A DNA stretch of 64,000 nt from Patescibacteria group bacterium (GCA_041650995.1 JBAZJZ010000001.1:363302-427301), one strand, 5' to 3'. Numbered from the stretch's first letter, positions 37,828 to 48,380 are shown. The notes: generated from the letters alone by a model not told the origin. Numbers and translations: made by a program.

Positions 37828-37888
37828 GTCATTCCCGCGAAAGCGAGAATCCAGATTACTGGATCCCCGGGTCAAGCCCGAGGATGAC
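37828..37888. mobile_element. MITE-like double-hairpin repeat, copy A
   Basis: GTCATTCCCGCGAAAGCGAGAATCCAG-ATTA-CTGGATCCCCGGGTCAAGCCCGAGGATGAC; terminal inverted repeats GTCAT(T/C)CCC / GGGGATGAC. Confidence 0.65.
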
Positions 37889-37894
37889 AAAATA

Positions 37895-37925
37895 AAAACC
37901 CGACTTTCGTCGGGACTCCGCCTTT
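37895..37925 (-). terminator. terminator after hydrogenase small subunit
   Basis: cccgacgaaagtcggg followed by a T-run on the minus strand. Confidence 0.5.
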
Positions 37926-37942
37926 AAAATCAAATAAAAAAA

Positions 37943-38710
37943 TTATTTTTCAATTCTCAAAAAATCATCCTCCGCGCCATAGGTTTGCATAATTTCCCGG
38001 AGATATTTTTTTCCGACTAATTTCTGAATATTTTTCAAATGTTTTTTAATTTGCGGTCCGGCTCCGGGAAGCGGTCCGCGGCAACCATAACAAAATCTTT
38101 TACTGCGCAAACATATTGCTTTGCATCCGCCAAGAGTGATCGGCCCCATGCATGGCTCCCCTTTTTGCAAAAGACACTCATAACCTTGAGCCTGACACTC
38201 GAAGCACACCGGTCTTTGAGGAATTCTTGGCTCCCGTCCAAAAATAATATCTGAAATAACTCGATAAAATTCATCTTGATCAATCGGGCAGCCTGGAACA
38301 GTGTAATCAACTTTTACCACCTTAGAGAGCGGCACAACTCTGGAATTTTGAATGCGCTGATATTTTGGATAGACGTATTTGACCTTTTCGTTTTTCAATT
38401 GCTCTGAATAATTTTTTATCTCCTGAACTCCGCCCAAATGAGCGCAACTGCCGATGGCCACCAAAATTTTTGATTTTTTTCTCAACTCCTTTAAATATTT
38501 TATGTCTTCCTTGGTAAGCGGCGTCCCTTCAATCACGGCCACGTCATAACTCGGACGCTCCCGTTTTTCTTCCGCCCAAGAAAAATTTCCCAAATCAAAA
38601 ACCTGAAAAAGATCCAATAATCTTTTTCCCAAATTTAGGATTTCCACCTGGCAACCCTCACAACAAGTCATACTGGCAATGGCAAGTGTCGGCTTCGGCA
38701 TATGTTTCAT
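37943..38710 (-). CDS. NiFe hydrogenase small (delta) subunit
   Basis: N-terminal CCEGC cluster motif and further Cys clusters. Confidence 0.8.
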   Translation of the reverse strand: MKHMPKPTLAIASMTCCEGCQVEILNLGKRLLDLFQVFDLGNFSWAEEKRERPSYDVAVIEGTPLTKEDIKYLKELRKKSKILVAIGSCAHLGGVQEIKNYSEQLKNEKVKYVYPKYQRIQNSRVVPLSKVVKVDYTVPGCPIDQDEFYRVISDIIFGREPRIPQRPVCFECQAQGYECLLQKGEPCMGPITLGGCKAICLRSKRFCYGCRGPLPGAGPQIKKHLKNIQKLVGKKYLREIMQTYGAEDDFLRIEK

Positions 38711-38844
38711 TATAGCACTTTTTAAAGGGTATGAAAAACTGTATAATTTAATCAGGATTATGGCCTGAGCCTGTCGAAGGCCAACTTATCAATAGCACCC
38801 CCTTCGACTTCGCTACGCTTCGCTCAGGGAATAAATGGATATAT

Positions 38845-39486
38845 ATGATATTCAAAAATCGCGTGGAAGCTGGCCAAAAATTAGCCGAAACGCTCAAAAA
38901 ATTTAAAGACGCCCAAGGCACGCTTATTTTAGCGCTTCCCCGCGGCGGGGTTGTTGTCGGTTTTGAAGTAGCAAAAACCTTAAGCTTGCCGATGGATATT
39001 ATTGTCCCGCGAAAAATCGGCGCCCCGGGAAATCCGGAATTTGCCATTGGCGCGATTACCGAACAGGGCGTTGGAATTTTTGACGAGATGGTAATTGGCA
39101 CTTACGGAATAACCGAATCGTATTTACAAAATGAAATAAAAAAAGAAAAAGCCGAGGCGGAACGGCGGTTGAAATTATACCGCGGGACTCGTCCGCCACT
39201 AGATTTAAAAAATAAAACGGTCATTATTGTTGATGACGGATTAGCAACCGGAATGACAATGCGCGCGGCCATTAAGACGGCCAAAAAACTCAGAGCGGAA
39301 AAGATTATTGTCGCAATCCCCGTTACCTCGCCCGAAGCGGCAGAATTAGTTAAAAAAGAAGTTGATGAAATAATTTATCTTGAAGCTCCGGCATTTTTCG
39401 GCGCTGTTGGATCTTTTTACGAAGAATTCGGACAAACAACAGATGAGGAAGTAATAGATTTGTTAAAAAAATCGGAAAATTTTTAA
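38845..39486 (+). CDS. phosphoribosyltransferase-family protein
   Basis: PRPP-binding VIIVDDGLATGMT motif. Confidence 0.7.
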   Translation: MIFKNRVEAGQKLAETLKKFKDAQGTLILALPRGGVVVGFEVAKTLSLPMDIIVPRKIGAPGNPEFAIGAITEQGVGIFDEMVIGTYGITESYLQNEIKKEKAEAERRLKLYRGTRPPLDLKNKTVIIVDDGLATGMTMRAAIKTAKKLRAEKIIVAIPVTSPEAAELVKKEVDEIIYLEAPAFFGAVGSFYEEFGQTTDEEVIDLLKKSENF

Positions 39487-39588
39487 AAATAAAAAACCAC
39501 CTCGCCATATCAGTCGTTCAGGCTCGCGCAATGACAAAAAAACAAAACTCCGCCAACCAGCGGAGTTTTAAAATCTATTTTATTAAAT

Positions 39589-40308
39589 TTATAAATACTT
39601 TAACGTCCTCCCAGTCCAATATTCAAGCCGTTGCGCCGTTTCCCTTGAAATAATTTCGACCGCTCTACCCCAATGGTAAGAAACCGTATCCCCAGCTTTA
39701 ACTCGCGGAAGAATCAACGGGTCGCGTTTTATTTCTATCAATTTTTCCTTGCCGATTTTTGGTAAATATTTACCCCGTAATTTTATAAGCGTTTTTGCGC
39801 GTATAACAAGCGCGTCACCCTTAATCAACTTTACTTTTCCCCACCCGATACGGCAAAGTTCTTGGCCAATCGTACCGCGTTCTACCCTGCCGGTAATGCT
39901 ACCAACCACAAAAACGTGAAAGCTATGGTGCGGCCTATGCCTTTTATGAACCCGCGAAGCAATCTTCTCGGCCGCGGCAGCAGTCATTCGTCCTTGATTA
40001 GCAAAACTGCGTACAAGATCAGCTAAATCCTTAGAGCTAACATTTTCTAATAAATTATTTCCAATCCAATAAGCATCAAATACTCGCGGATCAAACCAAT
40101 CGGCGATTTTATTGCTCTCGGCGATAAGTTTAAGATAGGGAGCTAGGGCAATAAATTCTCGAAGAATTTTTTTTAGCTGTGCGTCACTGACTTTATCTGT
40201 CGTCAAATATCGATAAAGTTTCCCCTTCCCTGCTCCCTGCGGCCCGCAAAGACCAAGCTCGTGTGGATGCAGGGAATATTTAACTCCCCTTTTAAGATAT
40301 TTTTTCAT
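39589..40308 (-). CDS. hypothetical protein adjacent to hypC
   Basis: ORF; 4-nt overlap with hypC. Confidence 0.4.
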   Translation of the reverse strand: MKKYLKRGVKYSLHPHELGLCGPQGAGKGKLYRYLTTDKVSDAQLKKILREFIALAPYLKLIAESNKIADWFDPRVFDAYWIGNNLLENVSSKDLADLVRSFANQGRMTAAAAEKIASRVHKRHRPHHSFHVFVVGSITGRVERGTIGQELCRIGWGKVKLIKGDALVIRAKTLIKLRGKYLPKIGKEKLIEIKRDPLILPRVKAGDTVSYHWGRAVEIISRETAQRLEYWTGRTLKYL

Positions 40309-40541
40309 TTTTTAACCCCTCTATTTTTTATTTTTGAAGGCTCACGAAATAATGCCAAAAATTCCTTTGCTTCTGCTTCGGAAATTTTTTTAATCCCCAC
40401 ATCTCCCTGTACCAATATCCACTCTCCCTTCTTTGTCCCCGATAAAAGCGACGTATCAACATTAAAAACCTTGCCACCATTTTTTATGGTGGCCTTATTT
40501 TTAGAAATTTTTTCAATTTTACAGGGGATCCCAAAGCACAT
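40305..40541 (-). CDS. hypC: hydrogenase assembly chaperone HypC/HupF
   Basis: MCFGIP N-terminus (Cys2) typical of HypC; start taken at the internal Met. Confidence 0.65.
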   Translation of the reverse strand: MCFGIPCKIEKISKNKATIKNGGKVFNVDTSLLSGTKKGEWILVQGDVGIKKISEAEAKEFLALFREPSKIKNRGVKK

Positions 40542-40549
40542 AAAAAATC

Positions 40550-41461
40550 TCAAACCTTAAAACTCAAAACTTTTTCTTTTTTAAATTTTGACATCAAATC
40601 TACGACGACAATCACCCCCAAAAATATTATCAAGCTACCAAAGAAAATTTGCCAATCAAAAATTCCTTTCTGCGCCATTTCAAGTAAACTCGTTATCGGC
40701 GCGCCAAGCGCGAGAACGCAGGCCGCCGAAGAAACCGGGATATATTTTAAACCGGCATACCAGGTTAAAACATAGCCCAAGAGGAAAATCGCCGTTATCC
40801 AGACCCAACTTAACTCTGCCACGCTCATACTTCCGAGCAGTTTCATCTGCCCGGTCGCCGTCCAAAAAATAAAAATAAATAAAAATCCAAAAAACATTCT
40901 GCCCCAAGCAACAATTTTTGGAGAAATATTCTCCAATGCTTTTTTAGAAATAATTTGTTCTGCCGCCCAAAATAACGTAGCAACTAAAACTAAAAACTCA
41001 CCATACCCGAATTGTAATCCATTAAAAATTTTCAAAAGAAATATGTTGCCCAAAAGAAGCAATGAAGCACCAATCACTAAATTTTTACTTACTTTTTCTT
41101 TCAAAACTAACACCGCTAAAACAATTACATAAATAAATAAAGTTTTATGGATAAAAGATGTACTCGCCCCGCTTGTCGCGGCCAATCCCTTAAAAAAAAG
41201 TAAAAACGGAATACTGCCGCCAACCAAACCGATTAAAACCAACACCCCCCATTCTTTAATTTTCAATTTTGCCAACAACTTCCATTCCTTAAACCAAAAA
41301 ATTAAGCACAACAAAATTACGGCCACAACTATATTTTTCAAGCCGGTGAAAATATCTGAATTAATAACTTTAACACCGAATTGATTTATAAAAATAGAAA
41401 CGCCGGAAATTATTGCTGTTCCTAAAACTAACAAATATCCCTTCTTCTTATTAATGTTCAT
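40550..41461 (-). CDS. EamA/DMT-family transporter
   Basis: 10-TM, two EamA-like halves. Confidence 0.65.
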   Translation of the reverse strand: MNINKKKGYLLVLGTAIISGVSIFINQFGVKVINSDIFTGLKNIVVAVILLCLIFWFKEWKLLAKLKIKEWGVLVLIGLVGGSIPFLLFFKGLAATSGASTSFIHKTLFIYVIVLAVLVLKEKVSKNLVIGASLLLLGNIFLLKIFNGLQFGYGEFLVLVATLFWAAEQIISKKALENISPKIVAWGRMFFGFLFIFIFWTATGQMKLLGSMSVAELSWVWITAIFLLGYVLTWYAGLKYIPVSSAACVLALGAPITSLLEMAQKGIFDWQIFFGSLIIFLGVIVVVDLMSKFKKEKVLSFKV

Positions 41462-41476
41462 AATAGTTGTTTAATA

Positions 41477-42295
41477 TTAAATCGCGCCTTTGATATCCTT
41501 CAACTCCGCCCAGGAAAAAACCGGACCGTCTTGGCAGACGAAAAAACTGCCGACGGCGCAATGGTTGCAGACGCCAACGCCGCAATGCATCCGCCGTTCA
41601 AGCGAAAGAAAAATATCACTATCTAAAAAAGCTGATTCTTTTAATTTTTTGATAACAAATTTATACATCACTGGCGGACCGCAGAGAAATGCGACTGGAT
41701 TTTCGGCAAGAGGCTCCTTTTCAAACAAAACCGTAACCAATCCCTGGATTACCGGGCAAGATAATTTAAATTTATCCGTGGGTTTATCAAGACATAAATG
41801 AAAATCAATATCATTTTTCATCCACAGATCATATTCATTGCGGAAAAGTAGATCATCTTCAGTTCTCGCTCCGTAGAAAATTTGGACTTTTTTATATTGA
41901 TTTCGGTTTTTTACGATTTCAAAAATTGCCGTCCGAACCGTTTCAAGTCCCAAACCGCCAACAACAATAAGTAGATTTCTTTGTTTAGCCAATTCTAAGG
42001 GAAACGGCCGGCCATACGGCCCGCGCACCCCGACTTTATCCCCCACCTTTAGAGCGTGCATCGCTTCTGTCACCATTCCGACATTTCTTGCGCAAACCTG
42101 AAATTTATTTTTCAATGAAGCATCGGAACAAAGACAAAACGGCGCCTCTCCATATCCCGGCAGAGAAATTTCCACAAATTGACCGCTTCGAACCATAAAT
42201 CCGCGCGGGGCAACAAGGGTAAATAATTTTGAATTTGAACCCTCGTCCTCAATTTTTAAAATTTTTACCGATTGCGTTTCGTATTGATTTTTCAT
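41477..42295 (-). CDS. hydrogenase gamma subunit (FAD/NAD-binding, 2Fe-2S)
   Basis: oxidoreductase FAD/NAD-binding fold; C-terminal CGVGVCNHC. Confidence 0.65.
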   Translation of the reverse strand: MKNQYETQSVKILKIEDEGSNSKLFTLVAPRGFMVRSGQFVEISLPGYGEAPFCLCSDASLKNKFQVCARNVGMVTEAMHALKVGDKVGVRGPYGRPFPLELAKQRNLLIVVGGLGLETVRTAIFEIVKNRNQYKKVQIFYGARTEDDLLFRNEYDLWMKNDIDFHLCLDKPTDKFKLSCPVIQGLVTVLFEKEPLAENPVAFLCGPPVMYKFVIKKLKESAFLDSDIFLSLERRMHCGVGVCNHCAVGSFFVCQDGPVFSWAELKDIKGAI

Positions 42296-43257
42296 AACTC
42301 CGCCAACACTTTAAAAATATTTATATTTACCGGACAAACCTTCGCGCAGCGGCCACAACCGACGCAACCCATAATTTGAAATTGATCGGGAATTCTAACA
42401 AATTTATGGTAATACCAAAAATGAATTCTCTCGGCCGTAGTGCGCAAAAACTTATGCCCGCCGGCAACTTCCGAAAAATCATTATAAAAACAAGCGGACC
42501 ACGCGCGCTTGCGAACACCACTGCCATTGATTAAATTTGGCTGATCTTTTATATCAAAACAAAAACAGGTCGGACAAATTAAAGTACATTTGCCACATTC
42601 AATGCATCGCGCCCCAACATCTTCTTCCCAAATTTCTTTTTTATAAGTTTTCCGAAGCGCGTCGCGATATTTTACCATCATCGGATCTAATCCCTCTTCC
42701 TTAATCGGCCCGGCGTACGCGATATGTTCGTAATTCTTATATCCAAAATCCTCTAAAATTTTTTGTCCTTCTTCCGAGCCGGTATAAACAAAATATTTAT
42801 TATTCTGCACTTCCAAAAAGATATCAAACTGCAAATGTTCCAAAATATTTTCTTCATATTTAACCTGAAAAAGATTTTGCTCCACATTTTCCGGAATCAA
42901 ACTTTGGCCAATGATAAACGTCTGCCGCATTCTCTCCTGATACCATGGATCGCGTTCAAAAACTTGATTCAACAGTACAACCGCTTTCAAATCTATTGGA
43001 TTAATGCCAAATATTACCTGCTTTTCCGCTTTTTTAACTTCAGCCATTTTTTCCTTTTTATATTCAAAAAGAGTTTCCTCAGGCGGAACTAAAAATCTTT
43101 TGAATGAGTGTAGGGGCGGTTCAGAAATAAGTTTCACTTTCTTCGCGTCGTCAACTTCAGCGTAAACAACTTCTCCCGGCCGTTTTTCCGGCGCCCAAAC
43201 TTTATAACCGCGCTTCATTAAAAAGGCAATAAATTGTTGTAACTCGCCGTGGGTCAT
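42292..43257 (-). CDS. hydrogenase beta subunit (4Fe-4S ferredoxin-like)
   Basis: CIECGKCTLICPTC and CVGCGRCAKVCPV motifs. Confidence 0.65.
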   Translation of the reverse strand: MTHGELQQFIAFLMKRGYKVWAPEKRPGEVVYAEVDDAKKVKLISEPPLHSFKRFLVPPEETLFEYKKEKMAEVKKAEKQVIFGINPIDLKAVVLLNQVFERDPWYQERMRQTFIIGQSLIPENVEQNLFQVKYEENILEHLQFDIFLEVQNNKYFVYTGSEEGQKILEDFGYKNYEHIAYAGPIKEEGLDPMMVKYRDALRKTYKKEIWEEDVGARCIECGKCTLICPTCFCFDIKDQPNLINGSGVRKRAWSACFYNDFSEVAGGHKFLRTTAERIHFWYYHKFVRIPDQFQIMGCVGCGRCAKVCPVNINIFKVLAEL

Positions 43258-43337
43258 ATTTTGAAATTATAGCATAAAATCGCTCGAAAATAAAAATGGG
43301 CTCACAACGTCCCAATCTTTCCACGCGAAAACATCTC

Positions 43338-44024
43338 TCACAAATCGTTTGTCGTCAGTCGTTTGTCGTCAGTCGTTTTCAACCATTTTTTATTCCATTT
43401 TTCCCAATTTTTAAAAATTAAAACACAACCAGCAAAAACTCCGAAGACATCAGCCACTAAATCATTTGCAACATCAATCGCGATCGGCTGGTTGGAATCA
43501 AAAAACATCTCTGTCCCCCACCAAATATCCCCTTGCTCCTGAAAAATTTCCCAAAAAAACGATAAAGCCAAAATCAAAATACTGCTAATCAAAATAACCT
43601 TCACTTTATCCGACACACCATTTTTTATTTTTAAAATTTCATAAAACATCGCCGCCATCACCACAAAAGCAGCCGGAATAATCATGTGGACAAGAAAATC
43701 ATATTCAAAAAATTTTATGTATTTATAAAAATATACAGTGCCGAGGGATGTCGTAAAAAAAATTAACCCGCCGATGCCCAACAAAGTTTCCCCGAAGGCC
43801 TCGGAATAATATTTTTTGACCCGACTTGATTTTGAAATTAAAAATAAAATAAATAAAGAAAAGGCTCCCAAGAGGAAAGTAGTAACTAAATAAAAATTTT
43901 CAAAATACCAATAAACCCCGGCCAAAACAAAAGCCGAAAAGAAAACCGACCAAAAAATAACTTTCATTGCGCGATAAAACATATTCAGAAACATCAAATT
44001 TATTTTATTATAGCACAAAAACAA
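43338..44024 (-). CDS. hypothetical polytopic membrane protein
   Basis: multiple TM helices. Confidence 0.35.
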   Translation of the reverse strand: MFLCYNKINLMFLNMFYRAMKVIFWSVFFSAFVLAGVYWYFENFYLVTTFLLGAFSLFILFLISKSSRVKKYYSEAFGETLLGIGGLIFFTTSLGTVYFYKYIKFFEYDFLVHMIIPAAFVVMAAMFYEILKIKNGVSDKVKVILISSILILALSFFWEIFQEQGDIWWGTEMFFDSNQPIAIDVANDLVADVFGVFAGCVLIFKNWEKWNKKWLKTTDDKRLTTNDL

Positions 44025-44063
44025 AAAGCCGGCCTTTTAGACCGACTTCTGTTTTACCTAAAT

Positions 44064-45077
44064 TTATTTTAATTTTTTTCCGACCATTTCCGTAAATTCC
44101 ACCAGTCGCGTGCTGTATCCCCATTCATTATCATACCAGGCAATCACTTTCACCAAATTTTCACCGACTACCGCCGTCAGTTCGGCGTCAACAATTGAGG
44201 AATATGACGATTTTCTATAATCAACTGAAACAAGCGGTTCGTTTGAGACATCCAAAATTCCCTTTAATTCTTTTTTCGCCGCATCGGATAAGGCTTTATT
44301 CACTGCTTCAATCGTTGTATTTTTCCCAACCATCAAAACAAAATCCAGAAGCGACACAGACGGCGTTGGAACACGGATAGACAGACCGCTCAATTTTCCT
44401 TTCAAATCGGGAATAACTTTTTCTACGGCTTTGGTCGCACCGGTTGTTGTCGGAATCATGGAAAGCGCGGCGGCACGGGCTCGGCGCAAATCTTTATGTG
44501 GTAAATCCAAAAGGCGCTGATCATTGGTGTAACTATGGCAGGTCGTCATCGTGCCTTTTAAAATTTTAAATTTATCGTTCAAAACTTTAGCAACCGGCGC
44601 CATGGCGTTTGTCGTGCAGGATGCCATGGAAATTACAATATCTTTTTTGGGATCGTATCCTTTTTCGTTACAGCCAATCACATAAGTCGGAATTCCCTCG
44701 CCTTTGCACGGCGCAGAAATTATTACTTTCTTCGCGCCGGCTTTTATGTGCGCAGAAGCACCAACGTAATCCGTAAAAACACCCGTTGACTCAACCACAA
44801 TATCAACGCCTAGTTTTTTCCACGGCAGTGCCGCCGGATCCTTTTCCGCAAAAATTTTTATTTTTTCTCCGTCAACTTCTATAAAATCTTTTCCGGCCGC
44901 GACTTTGCCCGGATGCACGCCATAAACTGAATCGTATTTATAAAGATGAGCCAGGGTCGCCGGGTCCGTTAAGTCGTTAACTGCGACAATATCAATATCC
45001 GGATGGTCTTGGGCGATGGCAAAAAATTGTCTGCCAATTCGGCCAAAACCATTAATCACGACTTTGATTTTTGGCAT
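44064..45077 (-). CDS. gapA: glyceraldehyde-3-phosphate dehydrogenase
   Basis: [14 protein letters not shown] motifs; start at MPKIKV with AGGAGG Shine-Dalgarno. Confidence 0.9.
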   Translation of the reverse strand: MPKIKVVINGFGRIGRQFFAIAQDHPDIDIVAVNDLTDPATLAHLYKYDSVYGVHPGKVAAGKDFIEVDGEKIKIFAEKDPAALPWKKLGVDIVVESTGVFTDYVGASAHIKAGAKKVIISAPCKGEGIPTYVIGCNEKGYDPKKDIVISMASCTTNAMAPVAKVLNDKFKILKGTMTTCHSYTNDQRLLDLPHKDLRRARAAALSMIPTTTGATKAVEKVIPDLKGKLSGLSIRVPTPSVSLLDFVLMVGKNTTIEAVNKALSDAAKKELKGILDVSNEPLVSVDYRKSSYSSIVDAELTAVVGENLVKVIAWYDNEWGYSTRLVEFTEMVGKKLK

Positions 45078-45108
45078 ATTACCTCCTAAATTTATTAATT
45101 TTAAAAAT

Positions 45109-45900
45109 TTATTTTTTAATAGGAACTTCAATAATCGTCCCCTCTTCTAATTTTACATCAACTGACTGTTTTAGGGTATGCCAACCGATTACTTTTCCCC
45201 GACCGTGGTCGGTCCGGACATTCGTACCGATGGGTGGAAGTTTTTTTGCCGCCTCCTCATAATTTTTTTGCTCATATGCCAGGCAGCACATCAGCCGGCC
45301 GCAAACGCCGGTTAAGCGATCCGATCCGCGATGAGCGATTTGCTGGAGATCGGCAAGATCGGAAGAAATATTTCCTAAATCTTTTTTAAATTTTTGGCAG
45401 CAAAGATGACGGCCACAAGCCCCGACATCACCGGAAATTTTTGCTTCATCGCGAATGCCCAATTGCTGAAGGCGAATTGATTTTTGAAAAGTTTTGGTTA
45501 AGTCTTTTACCAAATCGCGAAAATCAACTCGTCCATCGGCCACAAAAGCAAAAGTAAGACGCCCACCATCAAAAGAAAAATGGGCGTCGATTAATTTTAT
45601 CGGCAAATTATATTTTTTTATCAGCTGTTTGCAAGCCGCGAGCGCTTCTGTTTTTTGTTCTTCTTTCTCTTTTAATTTTGCCAAATCAGCCGTGCTGGCT
45701 TTTCTGAAAATCGGTTTGATCTCAAGTTTTGCCGTTTCAATTTCTTTCGCGTCAATTTCTTTTACACCGACTATTTTTCCCATTTCCACTCCAAGGTCAG
45801 TTTTAACTACCACAAAATCCCCTACCGGAAAATTTAATTCCCCGGCGTCAAAATCGTAAACTCTCCCCCAGGGCGTAAATTGAACTTCAACAATTTTCAT
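45109..45900 (-). CDS. PSP1/RicT (YaaT)-family protein
   Basis: PSP1 C-terminal-like region with Cys cluster. Confidence 0.55.
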   Translation of the reverse strand: MKIVEVQFTPWGRVYDFDAGELNFPVGDFVVVKTDLGVEMGKIVGVKEIDAKEIETAKLEIKPIFRKASTADLAKLKEKEEQKTEALAACKQLIKKYNLPIKLIDAHFSFDGGRLTFAFVADGRVDFRDLVKDLTKTFQKSIRLQQLGIRDEAKISGDVGACGRHLCCQKFKKDLGNISSDLADLQQIAHRGSDRLTGVCGRLMCCLAYEQKNYEEAAKKLPPIGTNVRTDHGRGKVIGWHTLKQSVDVKLEEGTIIEVPIKK

Positions 45901-45906
45901 GGCGAC

Positions 45907-46497
45907 TTATATTTGGAATCTTACAAATCTCTTCACCTCAATCTTCTCTCCGATTTTGGCTATTTTTTGATTTATCAATTCCTCAATCGTCACGTCTTCA
46001 TCTTTCACAAACGGCTGCCTTATAAGACAAACATCTTCAAAATATTTTTCTAATTTCCCTTCAAGAATTTTTTCCACCACTGCCGGCGGTTTTTCCTGCC
46101 CCTGAAGCTCTTCAAGATACATTTGTTTTTCCTTAGCAACAACTTCTTCCGGCACATCTTCCGGTTTTACGTATAAAGGATTTGTCGCCGCGACTTGCAT
46201 CGCGATATCATGAACCAATGCCTGAAATTCTTCTGTGCGCGCCACAAAATCGGTTTCGCAACTTATTTCAACCATTGCTCCGACTTTGCCGTTCGCATGG
46301 ACATAGGCGTGAATCAAACCTTCTTTAGTTTCGCGCTCAGCTGATTTTTTCGCGGCTTTTATTTCACCTTTTTTTCTTAAAATTTCAATTGCCTTTTCAA
46401 TGTCTCCGTCTGCTTCATCCAGGGCATTTTTACACTCAACAATCCCTGCGCCAGTCCGTTCACGGAGTTGAACTACGAGTTTTGAATCGATTGCCAT
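45907..46497 (-). CDS. tsf: elongation factor Ts
   Basis: UBA-like N-terminus [16 protein letters not shown]. Confidence 0.85.
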   Translation of the reverse strand: MAIDSKLVVQLRERTGAGIVECKNALDEADGDIEKAIEILRKKGEIKAAKKSAERETKEGLIHAYVHANGKVGAMVEISCETDFVARTEEFQALVHDIAMQVAATNPLYVKPEDVPEEVVAKEKQMYLEELQGQEKPPAVVEKILEGKLEKYFEDVCLIRQPFVKDEDVTIEELINQKIAKIGEKIEVKRFVRFQI

Positions 46498-46507
46498 ATT
46501 TTTGAAA

Positions 46508-46586
46508 GTAACGGGTAACGCGTAACGGGTAACGCGTACAAGCGTATCAAAAATTACCAATTACTAATTACCAATTACCAATTACT
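46508..46586. repeat. tandem heptanucleotide repeats (GTAACGS)x4 and (CAATTAC)x4-5 filling the tsf-rpsB spacer
   Basis: direct reading of gtaacgggtaacgcgtaacgggtaacgc and attaccaattactaattaccaattaccaattact. Confidence 0.8.
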
Positions 46587-47379
46587 CCGATAAATTATTT
46601 TTTTCTTCCTTCACCTCTTCTGCTTTTGCTTCTTCCTCTTCCACAACGACCGGGGCTGCCGGTTTTTCCGGAGCCGCACCTCTTTTTGCTTCAAACTCCG
46701 CCTTCCCTTCTTTCACGGCCGCGGCCACGAGCCCAACCATCATTTCAATTGCTTTTACCGCGTCGTCGTTTGAGGGAACCGGATAATCAACGTCATCCGG
46801 ATTGATATTTGTGTCACATAACGCGACAACCGGAACCTTTCTTTTTCTCGCTTCAGCCACCGCGGTTTTTTCCGCTTTGACATCAACGACAAAAATCGCT
46901 TCAGGCAATTTTTTTAAAGTTTCAATGCCGCCAACCAATTCTTCCAACTTCACGATTTCTTTTTGAAAATTCAGCTGCTCTTTTTTGGTGTATTTCGCGA
47001 GTCCGCCGGTCGCTGTCTTATTTTTCAAATCAGTGAAGCGGTCCGTTACGGTTTTGATGGTTTTGAAATTCGTGAAAGTTCCTCCGAGCCAACGTGTCGT
47101 GACATAAGGCATGCCGGCATCTTTCGCGTAGCGTTTCACAATTTCTTTGGCCTGCTCTTTTGATCCAACAAAAAGAACAACTCCGCCCGCGGCTGTTGTT
47201 TTTTTAATAAAATCTAGCGCCTCTTTTAATTTTTTTGCCGTTTCTTCTAAGTTGATGATGTGGATATCGCTCCGCTCTCCGAAAATATACGGCTTCATTT
47301 TCGGATGCCATTTAGAAGCCTTGTGCCCAAAATGAACACCGGCCTGGAGCATTTCCAACATTGTTGGGATCTCTGACAT
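46582..47379 (-). CDS. rpsB: 30S ribosomal protein S2 (acidic C-terminal extension)
   Basis: LEAGVHFGH motif; start at MSEIPT. Confidence 0.9.
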   Translation of the reverse strand: MSEIPTMLEMLQAGVHFGHKASKWHPKMKPYIFGERSDIHIINLEETAKKLKEALDFIKKTTAAGGVVLFVGSKEQAKEIVKRYAKDAGMPYVTTRWLGGTFTNFKTIKTVTDRFTDLKNKTATGGLAKYTKKEQLNFQKEIVKLEELVGGIETLKKLPEAIFVVDVKAEKTAVAEARKRKVPVVALCDTNINPDDVDYPVPSNDDAVKAIEMMVGLVAAAVKEGKAEFEAKRGAAPEKPAAPVVVEEEEAKAEEVKEEKNNLSE

Positions 47380-47581
47380 AAGTTTTCCTTTTCGCCTCTG
47401 TTTTGCCAAAACTTGCGGGTCCCGCCAGGGCGGGATCAGGAACAAGTTTTTAAGAGCAAAACATGTGGGATTATTTAAATTTAAGATTTTAGATTGTAGA
47501 TTGTAGATTTAAAACAAAAATCCATAACCCATAATCTATAATCCATTCTCGCACAAAACTAAAAATCGCGCAAGGGTTTAA

Positions 47582-47633
47582 TAAAAAAACGCCCTGCCGA
47601 GCCAAGCGTCGAAACACTTGACCTCGGCAGGGC
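47582..47633 (-). terminator. G6 terminator
   Basis: gccctgccgag...ctcggcagggc stem; T-run on the minus strand. Confidence 0.55.
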
Positions 47634-47639
47634 TGAAGG

Positions 47640-48332
47640 TCAGGGCCCGTCGTGACCGTAGACCCTGAAGCGCTCACCGGTCTCCGGCCGTTCGTAGGCC
47701 AGATACCAGGAGACGCCCACGCTGAGCGGATCCTCGCCCGGACGACGTGAACGTGTCGCGTCCACCTCACCGAGCATCAGATCCGTCGGTCGGACCTCCT
47801 CCTTGCGACGCGACGGGAGAAGGAGAATCTCCTCGCGCTTGAGTGCGGTCGGCAGCATGGGTGAGGTGTAGTAGAAGTCGCCCTGGGCCGTCACGTAGAT
47901 CTTGAGCGGCCAGAGCGACTCGCCGCCGTCGTGCGTCCGCAGAACCTTGATCTTGCGAACCAGGTGATCGGTCGGCTGAACCTGATCCATCGGACGGCCC
48001 GGCCGCGGACAGAGTCTGTCCCACTCATCGTCCGAGAGAGGGACATCACAGAAGAAGTTCGGGCAGACACCCAGGATAAGCGGACTGCCGCAGTTCCTAC
48101 AGCGTTCCGGCGTACCACCACAGGTGTGCAGCATCACGCCCCCGCCGATGACGATCTGGCTGGCCTGACACTGAACGTACCGAGCCACCTTGACCACTCG
48201 TACGAAGGGCTCCACGCACTCATTGCCGTAGATGCTGTTCTGGAACAGCACCCGGGCGTAGTGGGCCATGACGCGCCTCTCGGCCGCGAAGCAGCCGACG
48301 CAGATCTCGTTCTGGCTCATCTTCTCCTCCAT
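47640..48332 (-). CDS. G6: GC-rich cassette protein, Cys-rich (multiple CxxC zinc-ribbon-like pairs), 230 aa
   Basis: CVGC..C..C, CGGTPERCRNCG, CPNFFC; high GC at third codon position. Confidence 0.5.
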   Translation of the reverse strand: MEEKMSQNEICVGCFAAERRVMAHYARVLFQNSIYGNECVEPFVRVVKVARYVQCQASQIVIGGGVMLHTCGGTPERCRNCGSPLILGVCPNFFCDVPLSDDEWDRLCPRPGRPMDQVQPTDHLVRKIKVLRTHDGGESLWPLKIYVTAQGDFYYTSPMLPTALKREEILLLPSRRKEEVRPTDLMLGEVDATRSRRPGEDPLSVGVSWYLAYERPETGERFRVYGHDGP

Positions 48333-48380
48333 CCTCTGGCTGTTCCTCAGCCAAGGTCCAAGTCCATCTTGGAACTTATA

